DNA of 53,299 nucleotides, taken from a virus. Numbering within the stretch: the first letter of the stretch is position 1; each line of letters starts with the position of its first letter. Below are positions 16,397-26,823 of this stretch, piece after piece. Location: the IMG/VR virus record IMGVR_UViG_3300045988_183942; one strand, 5' to 3'. The notes under the pieces are model-generated. The model saw only the letters and a list, made by a program, of their open reading frames with translations, ran no database searches and was not told where the DNA came from. Position numbers and translations under genes: made by a program.

Positions 16397-18997
16397 ATGC
16401 CTTATAAGAGTTTTGAATCATTATTAAGTAAATTCCCTTATTTTTTGAATAAGAATTGGGATAGTAATTTCAGTAAATCTGAACGTGTTTTTAATAGTGA
16501 GTTCAAAAAAGTATACAATAATTTATATGATGTTTATCTTGCAGCTAAATTAAAAAAACATGTTCTTATTTGGAAGGAACAAAATTCGGGTTATAATTAT
16601 GATATGTATTTTGCTGTTAGTTTCCCTAATTTGAAAAGTGTTTGTATTACTGAACATTATATAGGATTAGTTAGTCAGGAAGTTGTTTTAGATGATGGTT
16701 CTATTAAAATTAATGAAAGTATGCAAGAAATCAGCAAAGACATATATACTGAAACATTTAATTATGATGATTTTGTTAATCATTTTGAATATTTACACTC
16801 CAACACATCACAAACAATAATCCCAACAGAAAAATACACGATAACAATTGAAACATGGGATGAATACACTACAACAAAAGGATTTCCAGAAAACCCTATT
16901 ATTGTTGGTGATGAATATGACCATGATTACTCTCTAGATGCATTTGGTGAATATTTCAGATGTCCTCGTAGAACATACAATGAAGTAAAAACATCACAAT
17001 ACTCAGACACAATACCTGCTTATGACAATCAGGTTACAGAAGATGACTATCATTACATGCAAAGATTACTGTATTATGCAACACATTTGAATGACACTCC
17101 ATTGCCTATCCTTGAGATCTTCAAATTATTCAGTATAACAGATGCACAATTATTAAACCGCGAACGATTATTATGTCGCATGATTGACATAACAAGACAT
17201 TCTAAAGACGGAGTATATAATAGAACTTGGAAACCTCAACGATGGGAGCATAAAGATAAATGGTGTAATGGATTACAAGAAAACCTATTTTTATTTGCAA
17301 ATGCTAATAACAACAATCCTATTCAAGGACAAAAGTTCGTATTTGATTTTAAAGTTTTAAACAGTTTGGGTGAAGAAGTTTACAATACTAATAGTTATAA
17401 TCTTATTGAAGAAACTGTTATAGATGAAACAGAAAAATCTTGGATTATTATACCTTATATTAATAATGAAGTTGTAGCTGATTTAATTTTAGATTCACAG
17501 AAAAAATGGAGTTTAACAACAAAAGACATAAACGAAGAAGACACACTGTTTATTTTCAAATGCTTTTCCACAATTGAAGAAGCACAACAAGACATATTGG
17601 AAAATAACGGAAAATTTAAAGCTAATCCTGATGATTTGATATCTGAAGAAATACTTATACATGTAATGGGTTGTAATCATGCAGATTACTATGTATCGGA
17701 AGATGGAAATGATGATAATGATGGTGTAACTAAAGAAACTGCATTTAAAACTGTGAATAAAGCTTTAAATATGGTTGAAGGAGAAAAAAATATTATTTCT
17801 TTACTTGATGGCGAACATCATTTAAACACGGCTTTAATCACTCAAAACACTACAATATTAGCATGCCCACAATTTACACCAACACTTCTTTGCGATAACT
17901 TTACTTTTTTCCGCATAAGTCAAGATACACAATTAACATTACAAAACATTGACTTAAAATCAAAGTGTTGTAAAATGCATGCTGATTATACTGTATTTAA
18001 AAACAATAATAATCTTAATTATCCTTTAAATGTTCGTGTGGCTGGTAAATTCTGTTTAATTAGTACAAGTATTGTTTTAGATAGTACAGTTGTTGATGAG
18101 TGGATTGTGTTACATGATTATATGATAAAGGGGCATTTGGTGAAAAGTGATGGGGAATCTCCTGATGAATACACTACACAATATAATGATAGTAGTTGTG
18201 TTGAAGAGGATACTTTGAACAGTAATAAGAGTAAAAATAGTTTAACTGGTGAGAAAGTACAATTACTTAAAAATAGAACGGTTGTTAGTGAAACAACTGT
18301 TGATAAAGAAGGATTGTTTACTTTCACACTTAATAGTGGAGGGGTTATTGGTTCTGATAATTATCAGGTAGTGCATGATGAAACAGAATTGTTTTGTAAT
18401 TCCACATCAGAAAATATAACCCGAAATGTTGTGAAAACCACTCCTAAACTGATTTTAGAAACTGATTTATTCTATACAGGTGTTAATAAAGATTTACAAA
18501 TTCCTTTTAAAGTTAAAATGGATACGGATACTGAAATAACTGGCGAACAATTAAGAGTAACATTAAACAATGATGATAGTGAGATTGATGAAGCATTTAT
18601 TGCCTTTGATGCAGATAATACTGCCGATGGCGTGTTAAGTTTCACATCAGCAACAACAGGAACAAATACTCTTGAAATTAATGTTGAAGGTAATACTTAT
18701 ATTAATACTATAAGTAGAAATATTCAAGTAATTGTTGAAAATATTACTCGTGAACTTGTAGATGGTGCAACCACATTAAATGATGGTTTCTATTTTGTGG
18801 AAACATTACCTGAAGACCTTACAGAATATAATACTGACGATGTACTTGTAACACTTGATAATACTGGTGAACACATGTTATATATTACAGATGCTGAAAA
18901 TGATGATGCCACACCAACTAGTGATGATGATGAAGTGTGGATTAACACAACGGATAGTATTAATCAGTTAATTCGTGATAAACGAACAGAGGAATAA
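16397..18997 (+). CDS. Large baseplate/fibre protein: gpI/XkdU-like N-terminus fused to a right-handed beta-helix (pectate-lyase-like) domain
   Basis: ATG at 16397. YYVSEDGNDDNDGVTKETAFKTVNKALNMVEGEKNIISLLDGEH matches the N-cap signature of pectin-lyase-fold/DUF1565 domains. Confidence 0.45.
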   Translation: MPYKSFESLLSKFPYFLNKNWDSNFSKSERVFNSEFKKVYNNLYDVYLAAKLKKHVLIWKEQNSGYNYDMYFAVSFPNLKSVCITEHYIGLVSQEVVLDDGSIKINESMQEISKDIYTETFNYDDFVNHFEYLHSNTSQTIIPTEKYTITIETWDEYTTTKGFPENPIIVGDEYDHDYSLDAFGEYFRCPRRTYNEVKTSQYSDTIPAYDNQVTEDDYHYMQRLLYYATHLNDTPLPILEIFKLFSITDAQLLNRERLLCRMIDITRHSKDGVYNRTWKPQRWEHKDKWCNGLQENLFLFANANNNNPIQGQKFVFDFKVLNSLGEEVYNTNSYNLIEETVIDETEKSWIIIPYINNEVVADLILDSQKKWSLTTKDINEEDTLFIFKCFSTIEEAQQDILENNGKFKANPDDLISEEILIHVMGCNHADYYVSEDGNDDNDGVTKETAFKTVNKALNMVEGEKNIISLLDGEHHLNTALITQNTTILACPQFTPTLLCDNFTFFRISQDTQLTLQNIDLKSKCCKMHADYTVFKNNNNLNYPLNVRVAGKFCLISTSIVLDSTVVDEWIVLHDYMIKGHLVKSDGESPDEYTTQYNDSSCVEEDTLNSNKSKNSLTGEKVQLLKNRTVVSETTVDKEGLFTFTLNSGGVIGSDNYQVVHDETELFCNSTSENITRNVVKTTPKLILETDLFYTGVNKDLQIPFKVKMDTDTEITGEQLRVTLNNDDSEIDEAFIAFDADNTADGVLSFTSATTGTNTLEINVEGNTYINTISRNIQVIVENITRELVDGATTLNDGFYFVETLPEDLTEYNTDDVLVTLDNTGEHMLYITDAENDDATPTSDDDEVWINTTDSINQLIRDKRTEE

Positions 18998-19002
18998 AAA
19001 GT

Positions 19003-19275
19003 ATGATTAATAATAATTGTAAATATGCAAGAAGCAAATACAACTACACACCCTCAGACTATGACTTGATTTTTGATTATACAAGCATACCTGCAAATAT
19101 CCGTATGGAAGATGCAAGTAACTTAAGTAAACGATTACAACAATGCATGCCTTTATCAAAAATAATCCATTTAAATTTAGAAACAGATTTAAAAAAATGT
19201 TCTCATCAAGTTATAATGCATACAAGTATGCAATTAACAGTTGATGATAAGTTAATTGAAGTTGTGATAAAATGA
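19003..19275 (+). CDS. Hypothetical tail-module protein
   Basis: Operonic ORF of 90 aa. Confidence 0.4.
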   Translation: MINNNCKYARSKYNYTPSDYDLIFDYTSIPANIRMEDASNLSKRLQQCMPLSKIIHLNLETDLKKCSHQVIMHTSMQLTVDDKLIEVVIK

Positions 19276-19940
19276 TAAGTATACAAGGCAAATATTGCTT
19301 CACACAAAAAAATAAAGTAATTTTAGAAGGGAATAACCTAATAACTTTATTAGGTGAATCCTTTTTCATGAACAGGTGGATTAACAACGAGTTTGAACCA
19401 GTAACATCTATTGTATTAGGAAAAGGAACTGGAAGGCCGAGGAAAACAGATACTAAATTAGGTAAATTAAGTGTAACTAAAGAATGCACTACTGCAGTAG
19501 ATTTAGTAAATAAAAGATTAAGGTTAACTGCAAATTTCAATGCTTCAGAAGTATTAAACACTTCAGAAATTGGTGTAAGCAATGGTAATATATTAATAAG
19601 CCATGATATCTATGAAAAAATTTCAGAATCAGTATTGCAGAATGATACTATAAGTAATATTCATTTAACATATGATTTTAACTTAGTAACTGGAGGAATA
19701 AGAGGAAATTGGATGCCTACAAAAGCAAACTCTCAAATATTCTATATTTACGAACCTACTGCTGTAGTCGGAGTAGTTGAAGCAAATTCTGGAAATGGAT
19801 ATGCTAAAAAGGATAGTGTCGAAGAATTAACCGGAAATCCAGGAACCTATTATTATAGTGCAAATAGTAAAAACTTGTACATACATCCTACAAATAATGA
19901 AACACCTGGAGATAATGAAATAATTGTTCAAACAAAATAA
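19272..19940 (+). CDS. Hypothetical tail-module protein
   Basis: Coupled start (ATGA). 222 aa. Confidence 0.45.
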   Translation: MISIQGKYCFTQKNKVILEGNNLITLLGESFFMNRWINNEFEPVTSIVLGKGTGRPRKTDTKLGKLSVTKECTTAVDLVNKRLRLTANFNASEVLNTSEIGVSNGNILISHDIYEKISESVLQNDTISNIHLTYDFNLVTGGIRGNWMPTKANSQIFYIYEPTAVVGVVEANSGNGYAKKDSVEELTGNPGTYYYSANSKNLYIHPTNNETPGDNEIIVQTK

Positions 19941-19955
19941 AAGAGTTGATAATAT

Positions 19956-22280
19956 ATGAAAGAATGCCCACCAGTTTATAAAAATCTTGGTTTAATGAGT
20001 TTTGATGAACAAAGAGAAGTAACTGTGCAAATGTTGCGTCAAATATGTAAAAATGATGAATGGTTAAAACAAAACCTTGAAAAAATTGAATATCTCACTC
20101 CAGCAGCTATTAGAAAAAGATTCACACCAATCCCTGTTGATAAAAGTAATAGTTATGGTTATAAAATCACATCTGATAATAATGTGATTTTTGATACTGC
20201 TACTGATAAAGAAGTGCAAGTAAACTTTGAAGATGACAGCCTTATTGATTTAAGTAAAACAACTTGTTTAATTGAAGCTATAGAACAAGATGGTAAAATT
20301 ATACATCAAGCAAAAGTTCCACAACTAGTTAATTCCACTATTGATAAATCCACGAGAAATTACAGCCCCTGGGCTGTTAAAGATTCCTCAGGGAATATTA
20401 TTGGTGGGGATATGACTGCAAATGAACATTGGTATATTGGTTTTGACCGAAATAGACATTATGAAACAAGACCTAACTGGTTAGAAAACCAATTAAACAA
20501 TGAAATACCAAGTATTGGAAGAGCACAAACATTTAAAGCAAAGAAAACTGGTTTACTTGAATCCATCGTACTGAATATAAAAGCAAGCGCTGGTGAAGAT
20601 AAATATAATACTGCATCACCTTTAATCGTACAAATAAGAAAAACAATAAATAAAGATGGAGTATTATATCCTGAAGAATTGGCTTGCGGGTATGATGGAA
20701 AATATACTGTACTCGCTCAACAGGAAGTAAGATTCCAAAACAGTAGCCCTGACATTGCAAGTATATTATTTGACCACCCATGCACTGTTAAAAAAGGTGA
20801 AACATACGCAATAGTCTTACTATCGCCATTATCCCACTATAGTCACTGCTATTGGTTAGGAGGCTGGAACAAACACTGCCATGCAGATGTATACACAGAT
20901 GGAAATGCATTTTACACATTCAACAATGGTATGACCTGGATACGGTATGGGAAAGATGATGATGTTGAATATCATCAGGGAAAATATGCTCCACAAGATT
21001 TTGCATTCCAAGCTCATATTCGTGAGTTTAAAACTGGTTATGATAAAAATAAAGATTATTGGTTGTATTTATCACCTATTTTTAGCAATCCTATTAAATC
21101 AATATTCATTTCTGCTGATGACACGGGTGATGTAAATGATCAAAAACTTCAATGTGAATATCAGGTCAGTAATAATGGTAGAGATTGGATTACTGTAGGA
21201 GATAGCCACAAAGTTGATTTTGATAGTAACAATCTTCGTAATGTTGTTTTTGTCCGTGCAAGATTGAAAACAACCGTGGATAATGCTTCACCATTAATTG
21301 AAAATATTACTATTTATTTAAGTACTGATATTCCAGATGAAATGTATGTCCGTACACATTATTATCACCCAAAAACTGCAGCTATGCTTGGAGCTAATGT
21401 TTGGGGTCGTGTAAATGCACCATTTAATGTTGAACCAACAGTTACATGCACTGCAGAGATAATAAGGGATAAAGAAGTAACCGAACATTTCATTATCATT
21501 GAACCAAAAGATGTTGAAAATTTCACTTGGATTGAGGGCATATCTGAAGATAAATTTAAAAACATTTCAAATAATAAAGCTCATGCTTATCTTAAAGAGA
21601 ATCAATCTATTATTGAATTATTAAAGCAACAACAAGTATATGTTACAGGATTCACTGATAATGCTGGAGTTTATCAAGAAGGTTTCTTTGACAGATTATA
21701 TTTTGTTTCCAGTCCCGCTTATCCTATGTTAAATTGTAGCTTACAACCAAATACTGGAGAAACAGTAGTTTACGGTGAATGGTATGATTATCATGTTGAT
21801 TATGATAATGATGAATTAATATTTTATGATGATGTTTTAAAAAACATGCCTACAGGTACATTTAATATTGTTTATAATCCATTGTTTATTGACCGTTTAA
21901 ATGATAGTGAAATGCCATTAATATTAGATTATTTCAAAGAAACAATTGAAGTAACTGAAACACATTTAGAATCAAGAAGAATACCTTTAAGAACTGCACC
22001 AGTAGACCCAATCCGTAAAGTAGTTTTAAATCCATCATCAGATAACACTGAACTAATAGAAGATGTTGATTTCACAATCGATTATAATACTCATGAATTA
22101 GTCTTTGACATAATAAACAATAATGATAAATCAACATTACTTAAATTGAATGATATTATTACAATTGTTTACACACCAAACCTTGATGATTCAGGGATAA
22201 GTGTAGGATATTACGCTAAAAGAGAAAATATTCGTAAGCAATGTTATATTAAACCGAATTATATTGAGTACAAAACATAA
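19956..22280 (+). CDS. Large tail/receptor-binding protein with discoidin (F5/8 type C)-like segment
   Basis: 774 aa. YQVSNNGRDWITVGDSHKVDFDSNNLRNVVFVRARLK resembles the terminal strands of discoidin-type carbohydrate-binding domains. Confidence 0.4.
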   Translation: MKECPPVYKNLGLMSFDEQREVTVQMLRQICKNDEWLKQNLEKIEYLTPAAIRKRFTPIPVDKSNSYGYKITSDNNVIFDTATDKEVQVNFEDDSLIDLSKTTCLIEAIEQDGKIIHQAKVPQLVNSTIDKSTRNYSPWAVKDSSGNIIGGDMTANEHWYIGFDRNRHYETRPNWLENQLNNEIPSIGRAQTFKAKKTGLLESIVLNIKASAGEDKYNTASPLIVQIRKTINKDGVLYPEELACGYDGKYTVLAQQEVRFQNSSPDIASILFDHPCTVKKGETYAIVLLSPLSHYSHCYWLGGWNKHCHADVYTDGNAFYTFNNGMTWIRYGKDDDVEYHQGKYAPQDFAFQAHIREFKTGYDKNKDYWLYLSPIFSNPIKSIFISADDTGDVNDQKLQCEYQVSNNGRDWITVGDSHKVDFDSNNLRNVVFVRARLKTTVDNASPLIENITIYLSTDIPDEMYVRTHYYHPKTAAMLGANVWGRVNAPFNVEPTVTCTAEIIRDKEVTEHFIIIEPKDVENFTWIEGISEDKFKNISNNKAHAYLKENQSIIELLKQQQVYVTGFTDNAGVYQEGFFDRLYFVSSPAYPMLNCSLQPNTGETVVYGEWYDYHVDYDNDELIFYDDVLKNMPTGTFNIVYNPLFIDRLNDSEMPLILDYFKETIEVTETHLESRRIPLRTAPVDPIRKVVLNPSSDNTELIEDVDFTIDYNTHELVFDIINNNDKSTLLKLNDIITIVYTPNLDDSGISVGYYAKRENIRKQCYIKPNYIEYKT

Positions 22281-22295
22281 AAAGGTGAAATTAAA

Positions 22296-23105
22296 ATGGA
22301 TATTGAATCAGAAGTATACTACAAAGACAATAATGGTGAAGTAATTGGGGCAAATGTCTTAATCTACAATGACACTGAAGATATTGTAGAAAAAATCGTG
22401 ATAGTTGAAGACAAATGTTTTCAAAACTTAAAAGACAAAATAGACAATTTAAACTCAGTTTACTTGTCAAAAGAAGATTTAATTGAAATATTGGCAAATA
22501 CAAAAGAAGATGTTGCTATTAATGCAACAACATTAAGCAATCTTAAAAGCAGTGATGTAGCATTAAGAGAACATACTCATACAGAATATGCTCCAAAATA
22601 TCATGTAGGAACTACAGAAAAATATGGTTTAGGCAGTACAAATGAATATGGGCACTGTAAAACTAGAGATAACTTAACAGCTCAAGCATATGTTAAAGGA
22701 GAAGCTTTATCAGCATATCAAGGACAATTACTTAATAATAGACTCTCAACTATTGAATCATCAAGTTCACAATTACAAGAAGCATATACAAAAAATAGTA
22801 TGAGAATTAAAATTGGAAGATGGAGTGACAATGCTGGTGAAAATGGAACAAAAATAGAAGTAAATTATAAATCCGATGGAATTTATGCAAAGTTATATTG
22901 TGATAAATCTGATTTTAACTATACCGATAAAGAAGTAGTTCTAGTAATCAATGGTATTCCGTACATTCGTAAAATTAATGAAACAGGAAAATCTGAAAGA
23001 TTAGGAATTCTGTTAGAGCGAGGAACTTATGTTCTCACAGCATTTATTAGTGGTTATGAAGGATTAAATCCTGCAACAGACATGAAAATCATAAAAGTAA
23101 TTTAA
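22296..23105 (+). CDS. Tail fibre-like protein
   Basis: GGTGA RBS. HTHTEY motif. Lies in the fibre cluster. Confidence 0.4.
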   Translation: MDIESEVYYKDNNGEVIGANVLIYNDTEDIVEKIVIVEDKCFQNLKDKIDNLNSVYLSKEDLIEILANTKEDVAINATTLSNLKSSDVALREHTHTEYAPKYHVGTTEKYGLGSTNEYGHCKTRDNLTAQAYVKGEALSAYQGQLLNNRLSTIESSSSQLQEAYTKNSMRIKIGRWSDNAGENGTKIEVNYKSDGIYAKLYCDKSDFNYTDKEVVLVINGIPYIRKINETGKSERLGILLERGTYVLTAFISGYEGLNPATDMKIIKVI

Positions 23106-23134
23106 ACACTATTATTAAGTTAAAATAGGAAAAT

Positions 23135-23887
23135 ATGATGGGGGGGATGATTAATGTGATCACATTACAATTTGAAATACAACAACAATCTTTAAAAAGA
23201 ACAGACCATGAATTCCTTGTTAACAAATCTAAAAATATAATACGAGCATATTTTAAATTTTCAGGAGAATTATGGGAAGAGAATAGTGAAAAATATGTTA
23301 TTTTTAAAGATAGTTGGAATAACAAAACTCGTATACATTTAGATGAAAATTCCTGCAAAATACCAGATAATGTTCTGGAAGGCGATTTTTTTAAACTTGC
23401 AATATATGCAGGAGATCGTATCACCACCAATTATATAATCGTACCATTATCAAACACTATTTCACCTCAAAAAAGCAATACTCCAATTTCTGAAAATATT
23501 AATATTTTTAATAGTATTTTTGAAAGCTTAAGAAAAAAATATGATGATCTTGTTCTTGAAGATAACAAATTATATTGTTATAGTCAAGGAGAAATCTTGA
23601 AAATCTTATCTTTTGAGGATTTAATTTTGAATAATTATTATACTAAAAATTATATTGATAATGAACTGTCTAAGAAATATGATGATTTTAATTACGATAA
23701 TGGGAGCATTATATGTTTTAGTAATGGTGAAGTGAAAAAACGAGTACCTATTCTATCTGTTGAGAATTATTATTCGAAAGCAGAAATTGATGAAAAAATC
23801 AATGAAATCAACAATAAATTAAAAGATTGTATTGTTGATGGAGAAATAACCTCGGATAATGAGGGAATCTATCTTATATTTAATTAA
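23135..23887 (+). CDS. Hypothetical tail fibre-module protein
   Basis: 250-aa operonic ORF. Internal repeat YDD...Y(C/N)YS(Q/N)GE(I/V).K. Confidence 0.4.
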   Translation: MMGGMINVITLQFEIQQQSLKRTDHEFLVNKSKNIIRAYFKFSGELWEENSEKYVIFKDSWNNKTRIHLDENSCKIPDNVLEGDFFKLAIYAGDRITTNYIIVPLSNTISPQKSNTPISENINIFNSIFESLRKKYDDLVLEDNKLYCYSQGEILKILSFEDLILNNYYTKNYIDNELSKKYDDFNYDNGSIICFSNGEVKKRVPILSVENYYSKAEIDEKINEINNKLKDCIVDGEITSDNEGIYLIFN

Positions 23888-23911
23888 AAAAAAATAAAAG
23901 AGGTTTATATT

Positions 23912-24748
23912 ATGACTATATCTGTAAATATTTTACCTAAATTAAAAGAATGGTTTATTGAAAAAGGAAACTTAATAACTACATGGTCTAGTACTGCATC
24001 AGATACTAAAGTAGCATCTGAAAAACTTGTAAAAAACAGTCTTGATGGGAAAATTGATAAAACAAGCATTAAAACAGCAGTCAATAGTGATTTAACTAAT
24101 GATGATGTTGTTGGTGGTAAAGCCGTCTACGATGAAATAAAAAAAGTAGAAGCAGGTATTCCTACAGGAATGAAGCATTCCGACATTACTGACTGGGATA
24201 CTGCAACTGGGGGATTCGAGAAATCTGCAAACAAAGCAACAAGTTTATCATCCCCAAGTGATAATAAATACCCAACCACCAAAGCAGTAAGTGATGGATT
24301 AGCAACTGCAAAAACCAATGCAGATAGTACTTATGCGACAAAAACAGAATTAACCGATGGATTAAACACTAAATTGAATAATAGTGTAAAAACTACAGAA
24401 TTAAGTAACACATCATCTGATACTCAAATACCTTCTGCCAAAGCAGTATACGACCTATACTCAACTATTCCAAAATGGAATGTTCAGGTAGTCGCATCAG
24501 TCGCAGAATTGCCAACAACTGGAACAATTGGAACTATATATCTCATTAAAGGTGATGGTAAAGATAAAAACAATTATGACGAATATTTCTGGAATGATGC
24601 ATCTGATGCTCCAGGTTATGAAAAATTTGGAGGAATTGACATTGACTTAACTGGTTTTGTAAAAATGCCAGAAATAGTGGAATACATTAAAAACAACGGT
24701 AGTCTTGATTTAGCGAATGATGGAACTCTTAGTTTAACTATAAACTAA
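23912..24748 (+). CDS. Tail fibre protein
   Basis: Recurrent motifs KVASEKLVKNSL, YPTTKAVSDGL and IPSAKAVYDLY are typical of phage fibre repeats. Confidence 0.5.
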   Translation: MTISVNILPKLKEWFIEKGNLITTWSSTASDTKVASEKLVKNSLDGKIDKTSIKTAVNSDLTNDDVVGGKAVYDEIKKVEAGIPTGMKHSDITDWDTATGGFEKSANKATSLSSPSDNKYPTTKAVSDGLATAKTNADSTYATKTELTDGLNTKLNNSVKTTELSNTSSDTQIPSAKAVYDLYSTIPKWNVQVVASVAELPTTGTIGTIYLIKGDGKDKNNYDEYFWNDASDAPGYEKFGGIDIDLTGFVKMPEIVEYIKNNGSLDLANDGTLSLTIN

Positions 24749-24818
24749 TTATCTCATCATATAAAACTTTTCCCCTATTTTTTTTCAAAGATCCCCTTTT
24801 TTTGGAGGTAATGATATA

Positions 24819-25559
24819 ATGGTTGCATCTTTTAAAACAAATTTATTAGATTGGTTAAAAACAAAAGTATATGTTAAAAATGAAATAGATACAAAATTGC
24901 AAAATAAATCAGATTCTAATCATACTCATACTACTGCAACAGTAAGTGCTAATGGTTTTTTGTCTAAAGAGGATAAATCTAAACTTGATGGTATTGCTAC
25001 AGAAGCTAATAAAACAGTTGTTGATAGTTCATTGAGTAGTTCATCAACTAATCCTGTGCAGAATAAGGTTGTAAATAGTGCTTTGAGTGGTAAAGCTAAC
25101 AGTAGTCACAGTCACAGTATCAGCAATATTACTAATCTTCAATCAGCATTGGATAGTAAATCAAAAACAGGACATACTCATGATGACCGTTATTATACTG
25201 AAACCGAAATGAATACTAAGTTGAATGGTAAAGCTAACAGTAGTCACACACATACTGCATCTCAAATATCTGACTTAACAGTATCAACACATACACTTGC
25301 AAACGGAGCAAAACTATACAAATACGGAAAAATCGTGATGTGTGTTTTATTCAATGTTGCTTTTTCAGGAAAAAAGGCTTATACTTGGAATGGCCTATTT
25401 ACAAATATTCCTTCTACATATCAACCAATTGGTGGTACAAATCCAATTTATGCTCATTCATCTGATATAATGTTATCTGTACAGGGACCAAATATTCAAA
25501 TATATCCTCATAAAACATCAGGTAGTGTATTTAATACTTTAGTTTGGATTACTGCTTAA
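24819..25559 (+). CDS. Tail fibre protein with HxH repeats (receptor-binding tip candidate)
   Basis: HTHT, SHSHS, GHTHD and SHTHT motifs. SANGFLSKEDKSKLDGI motif. 22-nt intragenic repeat at 25089 and 25226. Confidence 0.55.
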   Translation: MVASFKTNLLDWLKTKVYVKNEIDTKLQNKSDSNHTHTTATVSANGFLSKEDKSKLDGIATEANKTVVDSSLSSSSTNPVQNKVVNSALSGKANSSHSHSISNITNLQSALDSKSKTGHTHDDRYYTETEMNTKLNGKANSSHTHTASQISDLTVSTHTLANGAKLYKYGKIVMCVLFNVAFSGKKAYTWNGLFTNIPSTYQPIGGTNPIYAHSSDIMLSVQGPNIQIYPHKTSGSVFNTLVWITA

Positions 25560-26823
25560 ATATTTGTATAAGAAAATAGTATGTTAATATGAGCAATATC
25601 CCATAAAGGAAAATAAACATCCTATGCATTGAAGGTAGCATTGTTGGTGTAAAACCAATAATAATACTCACAATAAATCCTATAATCAATAATAGTAATG
25701 TTGAAAATCCATTTTTTTTATTTTTAAATTTTATTATATTATAAACTCCATACAAAATACAAAATGTGATAATAATATAAAATAATGTAAATAATAAACT
25801 TGTGGAATTACTTACAAGACTATAAGAGTCTGTACTTAAAAAGAAATAATTCCATTCAGGAATAATATTAAAAATTAATAATAAGTTAATTATTAGACAA
25901 ATTATAAATGGGAATAAAGTAATCAAAGCATTCCATTTATTATTGCTTATTTTATAAACATATAATCCAAAAGATAATAAGAATAATAAACAAATTAAAA
26001 TTGATTCACTTATAAAAAGTCTGTAAAAAGAACTCACTCCCATATTTATTTTGTTAAAAATGTTTAACTCTCCAAATGATGGCCACCAAGTATTTGTTTC
26101 AGCAATTAATCTTAATTGGTTGCCAGGGCATAAAAAAATAATTAATCCACAACAAATAATTAAAAATAATAAAATCAGTAATGTGTTATTAATTTTTTTG
26201 TAAGAATAATAACAATAACCAATAAGTAGTACATATATTATGAAACAGGTAATTAATCCCTGTTCATGATTACAAGCAAAAAATAAACTAAAAACTAAAA
26301 TAGCATACAACAATATATTCTTTGATTTATTATAATCATTATTTTGGAGTATGTAATATTTAACTAAATAAAAATGAACCAATATGAAAAATAAAGGCCA
26401 GAGATAATTAAGACTAATTGCAATAGCCCCATCACCCATGGCTTCAAATACAGGGATATAAAATATTGAAACAAGAATTACAGAAATTATATTATTTTTT
26501 AGATTTGAATCTTTTGTGAAAAATCTTGGAATAATCCAAGCCATCATAACAAGAACTAAACTGTTTAAAAATACCCATATGATTATAGGAAGATAAGATA
26601 GAAACAATAAAACAAATTCTATTAAAAATCTAGAACTCCATGAATAATATCTGTGGTGAACAAGATTTAAAATTTGATTTAAACCATTTTCTGTGATTAA
26701 TGCTCTAAAATAAAGATCATCATTAACATATCCTAATCTAAAATGAATTATAAATAAAGTTACAAATAAGACTATAAAAGGAATTAAAGGAATGATTTTT
26801 TTTAATTTTAGAGTTTTATTCAT
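25549..26823 (-). CDS. Polytopic membrane protein, GT-C-like glycosyltransferase/surface-modification candidate
   Basis: 424 aa and almost entirely hydrophobic helices. YVNDDLYF lies in the first loop. Transcribed against the surrounding late-gene (tail and lysis) genes, all of which are on the + strand. Confidence 0.4.
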   Translation of the reverse strand: MNKTLKLKKIIPLIPFIVLFVTLFIIHFRLGYVNDDLYFRALITENGLNQILNLVHHRYYSWSSRFLIEFVLLFLSYLPIIIWVFLNSLVLVMMAWIIPRFFTKDSNLKNNIISVILVSIFYIPVFEAMGDGAIAISLNYLWPLFFILVHFYLVKYYILQNNDYNKSKNILLYAILVFSLFFACNHEQGLITCFIIYVLLIGYCYYSYKKINNTLLILLFLIICCGLIIFLCPGNQLRLIAETNTWWPSFGELNIFNKINMGVSSFYRLFISESILICLLFLLSFGLYVYKISNNKWNALITLFPFIICLIINLLLIFNIIPEWNYFFLSTDSYSLVSNSTSLLFTLFYIIITFCILYGVYNIIKFKNKKNGFSTLLLLIIGFIVSIIIGFTPTMLPSMHRMFIFLYGILLILTYYFLIQIFKQ

